The position numbers and the translations under genes were made by a program. A stretch of DNA of 64,000 nt from Oscillospiraceae bacterium (lineage in GTDB: Bacteria; Bacillota; Clostridia; Oscillospirales; Ruminococcaceae), in assembly GCA_031548875.1 (NCBI GenBank), contig JAVBQQ010000013.1, forward strand, positions 16,227 to 80,226, read 5' to 3'. The notes beneath the pieces are model-generated. The model did no database searches, was not told the origin of the DNA, and saw nothing but the letters and a program-made list of their open reading frames with translations. Of this stretch, positions 53,438-62,980 are shown piece after piece. Numbering within the stretch: the first letter of the stretch is position 1; every line of letters begins with the position of its first letter.

Positions 53438-54340
53438 ATGAACATCAGCCAGATCCGGTACTTCATCACTGTGGCGGACCATCTCAGCTTTACCAAGGCG
53501 GCAGACAAGCTTTCCATCTCCCAGCCCTCTCTCAGCCGGCAGATCCTGCTGATGGAAAAGGAGCTGGGCATGAGCCTGCTGAACCGGGCCGGGCGGGAGA
53601 TCCATCTCACAGCCGGCGGCGCCGTGCTGTACGAGGGTCTGCGGAAACTGTATACCGACTACGAGACCCTGCTTGCCCGGGCCGAGCAAGCGCAGGCGGG
53701 CTATTCCGGCACGCTGGAGGTGGGGGTGCTGGACGGAATGCGCGTGGGGGACTTCATGCCCCCCATCCTGCGCCATTTCCGCGCACACTATCCCCACATC
53801 GAGATCACCCTGCACCGCGGCACCTTCGACACACTGCTAGAGGAATTGTACAGCACCCGGCTGGATGTGATCTTCTCCGTGCAGTTCAATGTGATCGGGC
53901 GGGACCAACTGCAGTTCGAGGTTGTGAAGGAATCCCGCGACTTCATCCTCTTCAATAAGATCCACCCCCACGCCGGCCGCACCGACCTTACCTTAAAAGA
54001 TTTCAAGGGCGACACCTTCGTGATGATCTCGCCAAAAGACAATGCCCGTTCGTCCGAACTGGTGTTTGAGGCCTGCCAGAAGGAGGGGTTCGTACCCACC
54101 GTGGTATACGCTCCCACCCTGCAGGACATGATGCTCTGGATCGAAGCGGGCGTGGGCGTCGCCATCCTGGACACCACCAACATGTTGCTGAACAATGAGA
54201 ACGTTGCCGCCGTGCCGCTGGAAAGCCACTGGAGCCCCTCCATGGTGGCGGCGTGGTACAAGCAGAACCGCAACTCCGCCATCCCCCTGTTTATGGATGT
54301 GCTGCGGGAGACCATGAGGAACAAAGCCGGCACGATATGA
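53438..54340 (+). CDS. LysR-family transcriptional regulator
   Basis: MNISQIRYFITVADHLSFTKAADKLSISQPSLSRQILLMEKELGMSLLNR (LysR HTH) plus a substrate-binding domain. Confidence 0.85.
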   Translation: MNISQIRYFITVADHLSFTKAADKLSISQPSLSRQILLMEKELGMSLLNRAGREIHLTAGGAVLYEGLRKLYTDYETLLARAEQAQAGYSGTLEVGVLDGMRVGDFMPPILRHFRAHYPHIEITLHRGTFDTLLEELYSTRLDVIFSVQFNVIGRDQLQFEVVKESRDFILFNKIHPHAGRTDLTLKDFKGDTFVMISPKDNARSSELVFEACQKEGFVPTVVYAPTLQDMMLWIEAGVGVAILDTTNMLLNNENVAAVPLESHWSPSMVAAWYKQNRNSAIPLFMDVLRETMRNKAGTI

Positions 54341-54580
54341 GCGTGTGAAAGAGGACCTGCTTTACCAAGCGGGTCCTCTTTGCTGTAGTTGAGCTCGTAT
54401 TAATATGGCACACGTATTTTCTTGCTTCAACAGGGAACTCAATCTTCAATCAGCTCCATATTTGTGGTGTGCGCCCCGTCAAGCGGACAGTGAAAGAACA
54501 GAAAGATTTCATGCTGCGGCGGATTACCTGTCTTTCAGTCTTTTCAAGATGAAATGTTGTTTATTCTTCACCGCTACTGT

Positions 54581-55552
54581 TCAAAGATTTATGAGTTTTT
54601 CAATCTCCTCAATCACGCGCACAGCTTCCCGCGCCTGCTCTGCGGTTACCGGCGGGGTTTCGTTGTTGCGAACAGCATCAATAAAAGCCTGCAGTTCCCA
54701 ATACATATCACCATGGGGCACACCTGACATATCTTCAGGCTGGTAATGGATATCGTTGTAAAACTGGCCTTTCCCCACGATCGTGGCGATGGACTCAATC
54801 CCGTTTAAATTTGCTTCCAACATGCCCTTTTCGCCTAGGATTGTGACAGATGCGTCGCTCACGAGCGGACGCTCATTCGGGATCACCCAATGGTTTTCCA
54901 TCACGCCCACCGCGCCGCTTTCAAATTCCAGGATACTCGCCACATAATCCCAGTTGTTTGTAAAGGGCTTGTTTCCAAAGGCATGCACCCGTTTCACACG
55001 ATCGCCGGTCAACCACAGGATCATATCAATATCATGTATGCCCAAAAACCACGTAATGGACGAACGGGGACTGATGCGGTCGCGAATAAACGCCGGGTTG
55101 GAGCGTTTGGCCGAAATGGAGATGACCTTGCCCAATTCCCCTGCCTGCAGCATCTTTTTGAACGGGATCAGCCGCGGGTCAAAACGCAATGTGTGGCCCA
55201 CCATCAGATAAGTGGAATCCGGCCGCGCCGCAATAATCTCATCACATTTTTGCACCGAGGTTTCCAAGGGTTTTTCTGTTAGCACCTTCACCTTGTTCTG
55301 GAATGCCTTGAGGATGAACTCCTTGTGCATGTCATCCGGCGTGCAAACGCTTACGGCCTGGATATCCTGCCGCATAAGCTCTTCCAGCGTCTGGTAGCAG
55401 GGAACGCCCAGGGTGTTTGCCGCGGCTTCGCCCCGGCCCTGGTCGGGCTCCACAAGGCCCACCAGCTGCACCTGTGGAAGCGCTTTGTAAATCTTGGCAT
55501 GGGTCACTCCCATCACACCCATACCCACGACACCAACGCGAATCGTATCCAT
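54581..55552 (-). CDS. Gfo/Idh/MocA-family NAD(P)-dependent oxidoreductase
   Basis: IRVGVVGMGVMGVTHAKIYKALPQVQLVGLVEPD...AVSVCTPDDMHKEFILKAFQNKVKVLTEKPL... Confidence 0.85.
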   Translation of the reverse strand: MDTIRVGVVGMGVMGVTHAKIYKALPQVQLVGLVEPDQGRGEAAANTLGVPCYQTLEELMRQDIQAVSVCTPDDMHKEFILKAFQNKVKVLTEKPLETSVQKCDEIIAARPDSTYLMVGHTLRFDPRLIPFKKMLQAGELGKVISISAKRSNPAFIRDRISPRSSITWFLGIHDIDMILWLTGDRVKRVHAFGNKPFTNNWDYVASILEFESGAVGVMENHWVIPNERPLVSDASVTILGEKGMLEANLNGIESIATIVGKGQFYNDIHYQPEDMSGVPHGDMYWELQAFIDAVRNNETPPVTAEQAREAVRVIEEIEKLINL

Positions 55553-55567
55553 TCCAATCCTCCTATT

Positions 55568-56413
55568 TTAGCCTTTCAAAGCTCCCTGGGACATGCCCCG
55601 CGCAAAATTCTTTTGTACAAGGATCCCAAATACGATCATGGGCAGCATGATGATGGTTCCCGCAGCCGAAAGCATCCCCCACTCGGTACCCCGGAAGGTC
55701 ATAAAGGATGTGACGGCCACCGGAAGAGTCTGGGTGGCCCTGTTGCACAGGATCAGCGCAAACAAAAACTCATTCCAGGCGATGATCATGCAGTAGATCG
55801 CCGTCGAGGTGAGCCCACCCTTTGCCACCGGCAGCATGATGCGGAAAAACGCCTGGCGTTCATTGCAGCCATCCAAAAACGCCGATTCGCGCAGGTCGCT
55901 GGGCACATCCTCGAAAAAAGCGGGCATGATCCAGATCACGATGGGCAGTGTCATCAGCACGTACATCAGGATAATCGGGATCCGGGTCTGCAAAAGTTCC
56001 AGGTTCATAAAGATGATGTACATGGGCAACACGGACGCGATGGGTGGCATAACGCGCGCCGAAAGGAAAAAAAGTGAATAGCGCTTTTTGTTTTTGAACC
56101 TGAGTTTTGCGATCGCATAGGAAGCGGGCACCCCCAGCACCATGCTGATGGCGACAGACACGGTCGTGGCAATCACGCTGTTGAGGATATACTGGAAAAA
56201 ATCCCCGTTGCGCAGAACTTTCAAATAGTTGTCCAGCGTGGGCGTAAAGAAAAATTTGGGCGGCATGGCAAAGGCATCTACACCGGTCTTGAACGATGTG
56301 GTGATCAGCCAGATATAGGGGTACACGAAAAAAGCGGTAATCACGATCAGAATGACGAAGAACAAAATCCGCCGAACCAGTTTCAGGGTATGTATGCTAG
56401 ACATGCGCAACAA
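55568..56413 (-). CDS. carbohydrate (CUT1) ABC transporter permease, MalG-like
   Basis: Six TM segments. The EAA-loop region reads PSDLRESAFLDGCNERQAFFRIMLPVAKGGL. Confidence 0.85.
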   Translation of the reverse strand: MLRMSSIHTLKLVRRILFFVILIVITAFFVYPYIWLITTSFKTGVDAFAMPPKFFFTPTLDNYLKVLRNGDFFQYILNSVIATTVSVAISMVLGVPASYAIAKLRFKNKKRYSLFFLSARVMPPIASVLPMYIIFMNLELLQTRIPIILMYVLMTLPIVIWIMPAFFEDVPSDLRESAFLDGCNERQAFFRIMLPVAKGGLTSTAIYCMIIAWNEFLFALILCNRATQTLPVAVTSFMTFRGTEWGMLSAAGTIIMLPMIVFGILVQKNFARGMSQGALKG

Positions 56414-56432
56414 CCTCCGGCACGAAGTGGCA

Positions 56433-57305
56433 TCAGGTTTTCAGTTTTTCCTGCATCCGCTTGATGACGATGCTCAGGATGATGGTGACGACAACGGCAA
56501 ACAGCAGCACGATCGCCGTGGCGTAGCCGATGCGGAAATAATTGAACCCCACAAGATATGAGTACATGGTGATGGTCTCGGTGGCCCCCGCCGGCCCCCC
56601 TTTGGTCATGACATAGATCACATCGAACGCTTTGAGCAGGTCAATGCCGCGCAGGGCGCAAACGACAAAGATCGTGTTCTTCAGCATGGGCAGCTTGATG
56701 GAGCGTATGATGTTCCACTCATTGGCTCCTTCTACGCGCGCCGCTTCATACAGCTCGCTGTTGACGCCGTCCAGGGCTGCGGTGAACATCAGGATCATGA
56801 ACGGCGTCCACTGCCAGATGTCCACGAAGACGGTACACAGGAACGCCCCCGTCATATTTCCCAACCAGTCGTGCGGGTAGCCGCCAAGCAACCAGTTGAT
56901 CATCCCGTTCAACGGGTCGAAGAACACCCGCCAGATCAGGCCGGCTACAACCGGTGTCATAAACATGGGGATGATGATCATGCTCTTGAAGAAAGAGCGC
57001 CCCAAAAACTGCCGGTCCAGCATCATGGAGATGGCCAGGCCCAAAAATGTTTCCATGGCCAGGGCCAGCACAAAAAACAGCACCGTTACCCGCAGCGCAT
57101 TCCAGACGCGTGGGTCTTTCAACATGCTGATATAGTTCCCAAGGCCAATGAAGGTAAACTTTCCGCCATCATGTAGCAGGTGCACGTCATTCAGGGAGAT
57201 GAACACCGAGAACAACATGGGTGCCACCATGATGACCAGCATCGCAACCAGAGCCGGAAGGACAAACATCCGCAGGGTCCTGCCCGAAGTGTTTCGTCTT
57301 TGCAT
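56433..57305 (-). CDS. carbohydrate (CUT1) ABC transporter permease, MalF-like
   Basis: DGVNSELYEAARVEGANEWNIIRSIKLPMLKNTI (EAA loop) and multiple TM segments. Confidence 0.85.
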   Translation of the reverse strand: MQRRNTSGRTLRMFVLPALVAMLVIMVAPMLFSVFISLNDVHLLHDGGKFTFIGLGNYISMLKDPRVWNALRVTVLFFVLALAMETFLGLAISMMLDRQFLGRSFFKSMIIIPMFMTPVVAGLIWRVFFDPLNGMINWLLGGYPHDWLGNMTGAFLCTVFVDIWQWTPFMILMFTAALDGVNSELYEAARVEGANEWNIIRSIKLPMLKNTIFVVCALRGIDLLKAFDVIYVMTKGGPAGATETITMYSYLVGFNYFRIGYATAIVLLFAVVVTIILSIVIKRMQEKLKT

Positions 57306-57440
57306 GGGATCTCTCCGTCTTCCATCGCTTGCTTTGTATGCCGGGCCGCACAGAACTGTGCGACCCGGCTTACATAGATGGTAATACTACAAATTCGCGT
57401 ATCGCGCATTTCCAGGCGCAGCAGCTTGTGCCCGAGCCAG

Positions 57441-58808
57441 CTATTTCCCCAAGACGTTCGTATTGATATCGGCAGTGGCCTCGGTCATCACGGTTGCGGC
57501 GTCTTTGTTGCCAACCATAATTTCAGATAGCGCGGTGCCGATCTTTTCGATCACTTCGTTAGCATCGGCGTTTGTGGGCATGTAGTCCGGGCTGCCGTTC
57601 TCGATAGCGGCCAGCATGGCCTCTTTGAACGCCCCGTATTTGGTGTTAAAGATATCCGAATCCATCGCGGCAAGAGACGTAACGCTGCAGTGCGGTTCAA
57701 TCTCTAGTCCCCGGATCTGCTGCTCCTTGTTGCTTGCCCAGGAGGCGAACAGGAAGGCCGCTTCGGGGTTGGCGCTCGCCTTGTTGATCATGAGGGAGTG
57801 GACGGCCAGCGCACTGGTGCCCTGCGGGTCCACGCCGGGGGCAAGCGGGGTGGAAATATAGCCGACCTTGCCAACCACCTGCGATTCGTTGGGGTCTTCA
57901 TTGTACGCCCCGTTGGTCGTTGCGTCCAGTGTGATGGCGGTGGACCCGTTGGTGAATGCAAGGCGGTTTTCATCCCACCCGAAATTTGCCACGCCCGGAG
58001 GGCCGTAATCGTTCAGGATATCCGCAAAGAACTGGGCAGCTTCTATCGCCTCCGGGCTGTCGGTCATCAAACGCCCGTCCTCATTAAACCACTCCCCGCC
58101 AAACGCGTGCAGGAAGCTGGACCAGATAAACACCGCCTGTACGCCTTTCTGGGCGCGCATGGTGATGCCATAGGTCTCCCCGTTGCTCGCCTCTTTCACG
58201 GCCTTGGCAGCATCCATCAAATCAGCCATGGTCTGGGGCGGCTGGATATCATATTGTTCGAAAAGATCCTGACGGTACATCAGGAAGGTGCTTTCCCCGT
58301 ACATCGGGAATCCATATAGAGCGTCCTCGTATTTGCAGGTGTTCAGGTACCCCTCCACAAAATCGTCGAGGTCCACATACTTGTTCAGGTCGGGGTTTTG
58401 GACAAACTCGTCCAAACTCCAAAGATATCCGTTGCTGGCAAAGCTGGAAAGATAGGTGTTGTAGCTGAAGATGATGTCATAAGAAGGATCTTTGTTGCTC
58501 AGCGTCAAAAGGCTTTTGGGCACCAGTTCATCATACGGCACCACTTCCAGTTCCACCTTCATGCCGGTCATCTCTTCAAACTCGGGCACCATCTCCTGCA
58601 ACGCATAGGTGGATGGATGCCCCTGCATCATGGCGCGGATGGTGACACCCTCATAAGATGCGGGCGCGTCGCTGCCCGGCATGGATGCCGAGCCGCCGGC
58701 GCTGCTGCCGGGGCTGGTTGTGGCGCCATTTCCTCCACAGGCAGCGAACATCCCCATCACAAGCACCAACGCTAGAACCATACTGTAAAAACGCAGATTT
58801 CTTTTCAT
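57441..58808 (-). CDS. extracellular solute-binding lipoprotein (family 1 sugar ABC binding protein)
   Basis: Lipobox MFAACGGNG plus a Ser/Gly linker. Typical SBP_bac_1 length and pattern (DIIFSYNTYLSSFASNGYLWSLDEF...). Confidence 0.8.
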   Translation of the reverse strand: MKRNLRFYSMVLALVLVMGMFAACGGNGATTSPGSSAGGSASMPGSDAPASYEGVTIRAMMQGHPSTYALQEMVPEFEEMTGMKVELEVVPYDELVPKSLLTLSNKDPSYDIIFSYNTYLSSFASNGYLWSLDEFVQNPDLNKYVDLDDFVEGYLNTCKYEDALYGFPMYGESTFLMYRQDLFEQYDIQPPQTMADLMDAAKAVKEASNGETYGITMRAQKGVQAVFIWSSFLHAFGGEWFNEDGRLMTDSPEAIEAAQFFADILNDYGPPGVANFGWDENRLAFTNGSTAITLDATTNGAYNEDPNESQVVGKVGYISTPLAPGVDPQGTSALAVHSLMINKASANPEAAFLFASWASNKEQQIRGLEIEPHCSVTSLAAMDSDIFNTKYGAFKEAMLAAIENGSPDYMPTNADANEVIEKIGTALSEIMVGNKDAATVMTEATADINTNVLGK

Positions 58809-58823
58809 CTTCCTCTCCTCCGT

Positions 58824-60185
58824 TTACAAACCTTTCACATGGATAAATTTTTCTTTTGGTACCGGTGGTTCTTCTTCTCCCAGATACACATTTTGGGCGC
58901 GTAGCCCCTGTTGCAATGCTTGGATGTCGAGTTCCCGCGGCATCACGTCCTGCTGTATGCTCAGGGCGGCGGCAGTTCCCGCCGCCTGCCCCATGGCCAT
59001 ACAGGCCGCCATGATGCGTACGGATGTCTGGGCGCTCACATTGGCCGAGATACAGCGTCCCGCGACCAACAGTGCATCCGCGCCGACCGGAACCAGGCAC
59101 CGGTACGGGATCCCATAAGCGTGGCCGGGGATCAACCAGTGCAGCTCACACCCGGCCCCATCAGGGTTGTGCACATCGATGCCATATCCGTTTACGCAGA
59201 TATTGTCCGGGAACTGCCGGTAGGACAGAACATCTTCTTCCGTAAGCGTGTATTCGCCTTCGATACGCCGGGTGTCCTGCACCCCAACGGTGGAAGCAAT
59301 CTTGGTCAGGCGGGCATGCTCGGCGCCGGGCAGTTCCGTGTGCAGGTATTCCAAAATCTGCGGAATCTGCCGGCGGCATTGGATCTCGGCCTTTGTCAGG
59401 TCTTCCGCGCACAATCCGTTCACATTGGTCGTGCGTGTCATCTCGGCGCGAAACTCCCCCCTGGCCATCGTGGGGAACAAATTCACTGCGCCCATCGCCA
59501 AGCTGTTGTCCCAGCGGTGGGTGCGAACGTCATCCGCTACACCTCCAATGCAAAACATCGTTGTCATCGGCATCGTGACCCCGTCCTTCTCCCGCCCCAC
59601 CTGGAACGGTACGCCGGCACGGGCTGCCACATCAGCATCGCCGGTTGCGTCCACAACACGGCGGGCCAATATGGCCTGCCGCCCACCCTTGTTTTCGATC
59701 ACAACGCCAATCACCCGCCCATCCTCAAGCAGGGTGTCCGCAATATAGGTGTGGTACAAAACCTCCACACCGTGTGCCTCCATCAACTCGTCGGCAACGA
59801 TTTTGAAGCATTCGGGATCGAAGATGTTCAGATTGGTGTCCGGCTCGTGGCGGTGGTTGTGGAACCCCGGCCTCTCCCGGGAAAAATCCGACGCCCGGAT
59901 GGCGGCACCTCTTTGCTCCATGCGGGCGAACAACTCTTCCCACGCGCCTTTTATGATCTGCCGCCCGCCCGTGTAGGCGCTCATGGACATAAAGGACGTG
60001 ATGAGGCCCATGGTTGCAAGGCCGCCCAGGCAGCCAAATTTTTCAACCAACAGCACACTTGCCCCACTGTTTGCCGCCCCGATAGCGGCGCCGATGCCTG
60101 CGGTGCCACCGCCACACACCAGCACATCCGTCGTGTGTGTAACCGGGATCTGCCTTGCAGGTTCAAAAATGGTCTGTGTAGACAT
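58824..60185 (-). CDS. FAD-dependent oxidoreductase (FAD_oxidored-type, glycan-locus-associated family)
   Basis: ATG (complement of 60185-60183) follows GGAGGAGGG. TDVLVCGGGTAGIGAAIGAANSGASVLLVEKFGCLGG...VVDATGDADVAARAG... Confidence 0.75.
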   Translation of the reverse strand: MSTQTIFEPARQIPVTHTTDVLVCGGGTAGIGAAIGAANSGASVLLVEKFGCLGGLATMGLITSFMSMSAYTGGRQIIKGAWEELFARMEQRGAAIRASDFSRERPGFHNHRHEPDTNLNIFDPECFKIVADELMEAHGVEVLYHTYIADTLLEDGRVIGVVIENKGGRQAILARRVVDATGDADVAARAGVPFQVGREKDGVTMPMTTMFCIGGVADDVRTHRWDNSLAMGAVNLFPTMARGEFRAEMTRTTNVNGLCAEDLTKAEIQCRRQIPQILEYLHTELPGAEHARLTKIASTVGVQDTRRIEGEYTLTEEDVLSYRQFPDNICVNGYGIDVHNPDGAGCELHWLIPGHAYGIPYRCLVPVGADALLVAGRCISANVSAQTSVRIMAACMAMGQAAGTAAALSIQQDVMPRELDIQALQQGLRAQNVYLGEEEPPVPKEKFIHVKGL

Positions 60186-60206
60186 TACGCCCTCCTCCGG
60201 CTGCAG

Positions 60207-60222
60207 TTTCACAATTGTGAAA
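60207..60222. promoter_or_regulatory. perfect 16-bp palindrome TTTCACAATTGTGAAA (candidate operator)
   Basis: Read directly. Lies 22 nt upstream of the start of the minus-strand FAD-oxidoreductase/ABC/Gfo operon, in the divergent intergenic region shared with nanE. Confidence 0.5.
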
Positions 60223-60488
60223 ATTATTTTCAATTCTCTTTTTGGGCAAACAGCATTTAGCCGCACAAATGGAAAATTAATTAATATTCGCAATTATGTA
60301 TATTTTCTATTGTCGTATTTAATTTGCAGTTACTTTGCCACACAGCGGGTTTTGGATTCCCCTTGAGTATAGCATCGAAAAATCTAAAAATCAACAAAAA
60401 GAGAAAATTTCTTTTTTATTGATTTTTGACGCAATATGCGTTACAATATGCACACAATAGTTGCCATGCCAGGCGGAGGGATTATGCA

Positions 60489-61202
60489 ATGAATCCTCAA
60501 AAAGAAAAAATTTTCCGATCAATTCAAGGCGGTCTTATCGTATCCTGCCAGGCTTTGCCCAATGAACCGCTCCACGGGTCCGAGATCATGGCGCGTATGG
60601 CGGTTGCCGCGCAAGCCGGTGGGGCGGTAGGTATCCGGGCCAACTCGGTGCCGGATATCATCGCCATCAAAAAAGCCGTACAACTGCCCGTCATCGCTTT
60701 AATCAAACGGGTGTACCCGGACAGCGAGGTGTATATCACGCCCACGCAGAAAGAGGTGGACGAGGTCGCCCAGTGTACACCTGAGATCATCGCCATTGAT
60801 GCAACCCACCGCCCCCGTCCAAACGGCGCTGTTCTTTTGGACATTTTGAAAAGCAGCAAAGAAAAATATCCGGATACGATTTTTCTAGCCGACTGCGCGA
60901 CATTGCAGGAAGCACTCGCCGCCCAGGAAATGGGGTTTGATTGCGTGAGCACTACGCTGAGCGGATACACATCCTACACGGCGGGTATTACCCCTCCAGA
61001 TTTTGTTACGCTGCGGGAAATATGCATACAACTGCACGTCCCCGTCTTTGCCGAGGGTGGGATCTGGACCGTGGAAGACATGTTGAGCGTATTCAGGCAG
61101 GGAATCCACGCCTGTGTGATCGGCACCGCCATCACGCGCCCTAAAGAGATCACACAGCATTTTGTGAACGCCCTGACTGCCGGAGGGAGAGATACAGAAT
61201 GA
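60489..61202 (+). CDS. nanE: N-acetylmannosamine-6-phosphate 2-epimerase
   Basis: IQGGLIVSCQALPNEPLHGSEIMARMAVAAQAGGAVGIRANSVPDIIAIKKAVQLPVIALIKRVY...IIAIDATHRPRPNG...FLADCATLQEALAAQEMGFDCVSTTLSGYT...VFAEGGIWTVED. Confidence 0.85.
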   Translation: MNPQKEKIFRSIQGGLIVSCQALPNEPLHGSEIMARMAVAAQAGGAVGIRANSVPDIIAIKKAVQLPVIALIKRVYPDSEVYITPTQKEVDEVAQCTPEIIAIDATHRPRPNGAVLLDILKSSKEKYPDTIFLADCATLQEALAAQEMGFDCVSTTLSGYTSYTAGITPPDFVTLREICIQLHVPVFAEGGIWTVEDMLSVFRQGIHACVIGTAITRPKEITQHFVNALTAGGRDTE

Positions 61203-62089
61203 ACATCGCCCTTTTGGACATCGGCGGCACAGAGATCAAGTATGGCATGGGCTACTCGGAAGAAACAATCCCTTCCCTTGCTGTCACCCGAGCCCCCTCC
61301 AGGGCCGGGGATGGCGCCGAACCATTGCAGGCACAGCTACTGGAACTGCTAAAGGATATGTCGCCATTTGACCGCATCGGCATATCTACATCGGGGCAGG
61401 TGAATCCGCACAGCGGCGTCATCCTGTTTGCAACGGACGCGTTCCCCCGCTATGCAGGGACAAACCTGAAACAGCTGTGCGAAAGCGAGTTCGGCGTACC
61501 CGCATTCATCCAAAACGATGTGAATTGCGCGGCAATCGCGGAGATGCAGTTGGGAGCGGGCAGTCAGTTTGGCGATTTTCTATATCTAACCTATGGCACG
61601 GGTATCGGCGGCGCTTACGTGCACAACACAGAGCTGGTGCTGGGCAGCTCTTTTTCCGCCGGGGAATACGGACACATCATTACGCACGCGGGCGGGGCGG
61701 CATGTGCCTGCGGAAACAAGGGTTGCTATGAAGCATACGCTTCTACAAGAGTGCTGATGGAACAATTGCGCCGGGCCACGAGCGAGGAGGTCACGGGTAA
61801 AACGCTGCCCCGCGCGATGGAAGGTTCCCCACTCGTGAAACAGGTCTTCGAAAACTGGTTGTGCGAAGTACTTGCCGGGCTTGTATCGTTGGTGCATGCA
61901 TATAACCCCGCCGCTGTCTTGCTGGGCGGAGGCATCATGGAGAACGGCTGGCTTGTGGAAAGGATCACACAAGAACTCGCAGCGTGTCTCATCCGTAGTT
62001 TTGCGCATGTGCAGGTGTTGCCTGCTACTTTTGGAAACACGGCCGGGCTCGTAGGCGCTTTCCAAATTGCAAAATATGACATATACTAG
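61199..62089 (+). CDS. nanK: ROK-family sugar kinase, likely N-acetylmannosamine kinase
   Basis: MNIALLDIGGTEIKYG... and the ROK zinc motif GHIITHAGGAACACGNKGCYEAYAS. ATGA overlap with nanE. Confidence 0.7.
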   Translation: MNIALLDIGGTEIKYGMGYSEETIPSLAVTRAPSRAGDGAEPLQAQLLELLKDMSPFDRIGISTSGQVNPHSGVILFATDAFPRYAGTNLKQLCESEFGVPAFIQNDVNCAAIAEMQLGAGSQFGDFLYLTYGTGIGGAYVHNTELVLGSSFSAGEYGHIITHAGGAACACGNKGCYEAYASTRVLMEQLRRATSEEVTGKTLPRAMEGSPLVKQVFENWLCEVLAGLVSLVHAYNPAAVLLGGGIMENGWLVERITQELAACLIRSFAHVQVLPATFGNTAGLVGAFQIAKYDIY

Positions 62090-62116
62090 AATAAAACCGT
62101 GAGAGTAGGCGATGTT

Positions 62117-62968
62117 ATGGTTGATATTTTGGCATTGATCCAGGAAAAATATACGTTTTTTACGAAAGCGGAGCGCAAGGTGGCTGATTGCGTTTTGAAG
62201 GATGCGCATACAGTCCTGAAACTATCTATTACAGATTTCGCCGACCAATGCGGTGTGGGCGACACGACGGTTTTTCGTTTTTGCCGCTCGCTGAAACTGC
62301 CGGGATACCAGGCTTTCAAGATGGCCCTGGCGCAGTCTTTGAGCCGGGCCGAATCCATGGAGATCATGCTGTCTGAAGAAGTGCAGCGCACCGACGACCT
62401 GGAAACCATCAGCCAAAAGCTGATGCGCGCGCACGTTTCCATCCTGCAGCAGACCTATGCAGAGCTGGACTATGGGGCTGTTCAAACGGCAGTCGGGTAT
62501 CTGCGCAATGCCAGAAATATTTATTTTTTTGGAATTGGCTCCTCCTGGGCCACGGCAGTGGAAGCATATGGGCGGTTTTCGCGCGTTTTGCCCAATATTG
62601 TGTGCCCCATGGATGCCCACATGCAGGCGATGACCGCCGCACTATTATGCGAAGAGGATGTAGCCATCGCTTTTTCGCACTCGGGGGCCACCAAGGACAC
62701 GATCGACATCCTGCGCTCAGCCTTTGAGCAGGGGGCAAAAACGGTGTGTATGACACGCAACCCCAGATCGCCCATCACTCAATACGCAAGTGTAGTCCTT
62801 CACTGCGCGGCGGATGAAGGGCCCTTTCAGGGTGGCTCTTTTTCAGTAAAGTTTTCCCAGCTCTACCTGATTGATATCTTGTATACTGCTTTTTTCAAGG
62901 AAGAATACAAACTGTGCGGACAAAACAAGAGCAAAACGACCCAGGCCATTTCGCCCAAACTTCTGTAG
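62117..62968 (+). CDS. MurR/RpiR-family transcriptional regulator (HTH plus SIS domain)
   Basis: ILALIQEKYTFFTKAERKVADCVLKDAHTVLKLSITDFADQCGVGDTTVFRFCRSLKLPGYQAFK, plus SIS (IYFFGIGSSWATAVEAYGRF...AIAFSHSGATKDTI). Confidence 0.85.
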   Translation: MVDILALIQEKYTFFTKAERKVADCVLKDAHTVLKLSITDFADQCGVGDTTVFRFCRSLKLPGYQAFKMALAQSLSRAESMEIMLSEEVQRTDDLETISQKLMRAHVSILQQTYAELDYGAVQTAVGYLRNARNIYFFGIGSSWATAVEAYGRFSRVLPNIVCPMDAHMQAMTAALLCEEDVAIAFSHSGATKDTIDILRSAFEQGAKTVCMTRNPRSPITQYASVVLHCAADEGPFQGGSFSVKFSQLYLIDILYTAFFKEEYKLCGQNKSKTTQAISPKLL

Positions 62969-62980
62969 CGTTTTGTTCCT

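Noticed and set aside
54405-54746. 113-aa + strand ORF between the LysR and Gfo/Idh/MocA genes
   Set aside because: Its second half is antisense to the oxidoreductase gene and its first half is A/T-rich intergenic DNA. There is no ribosome-binding site and no motif.
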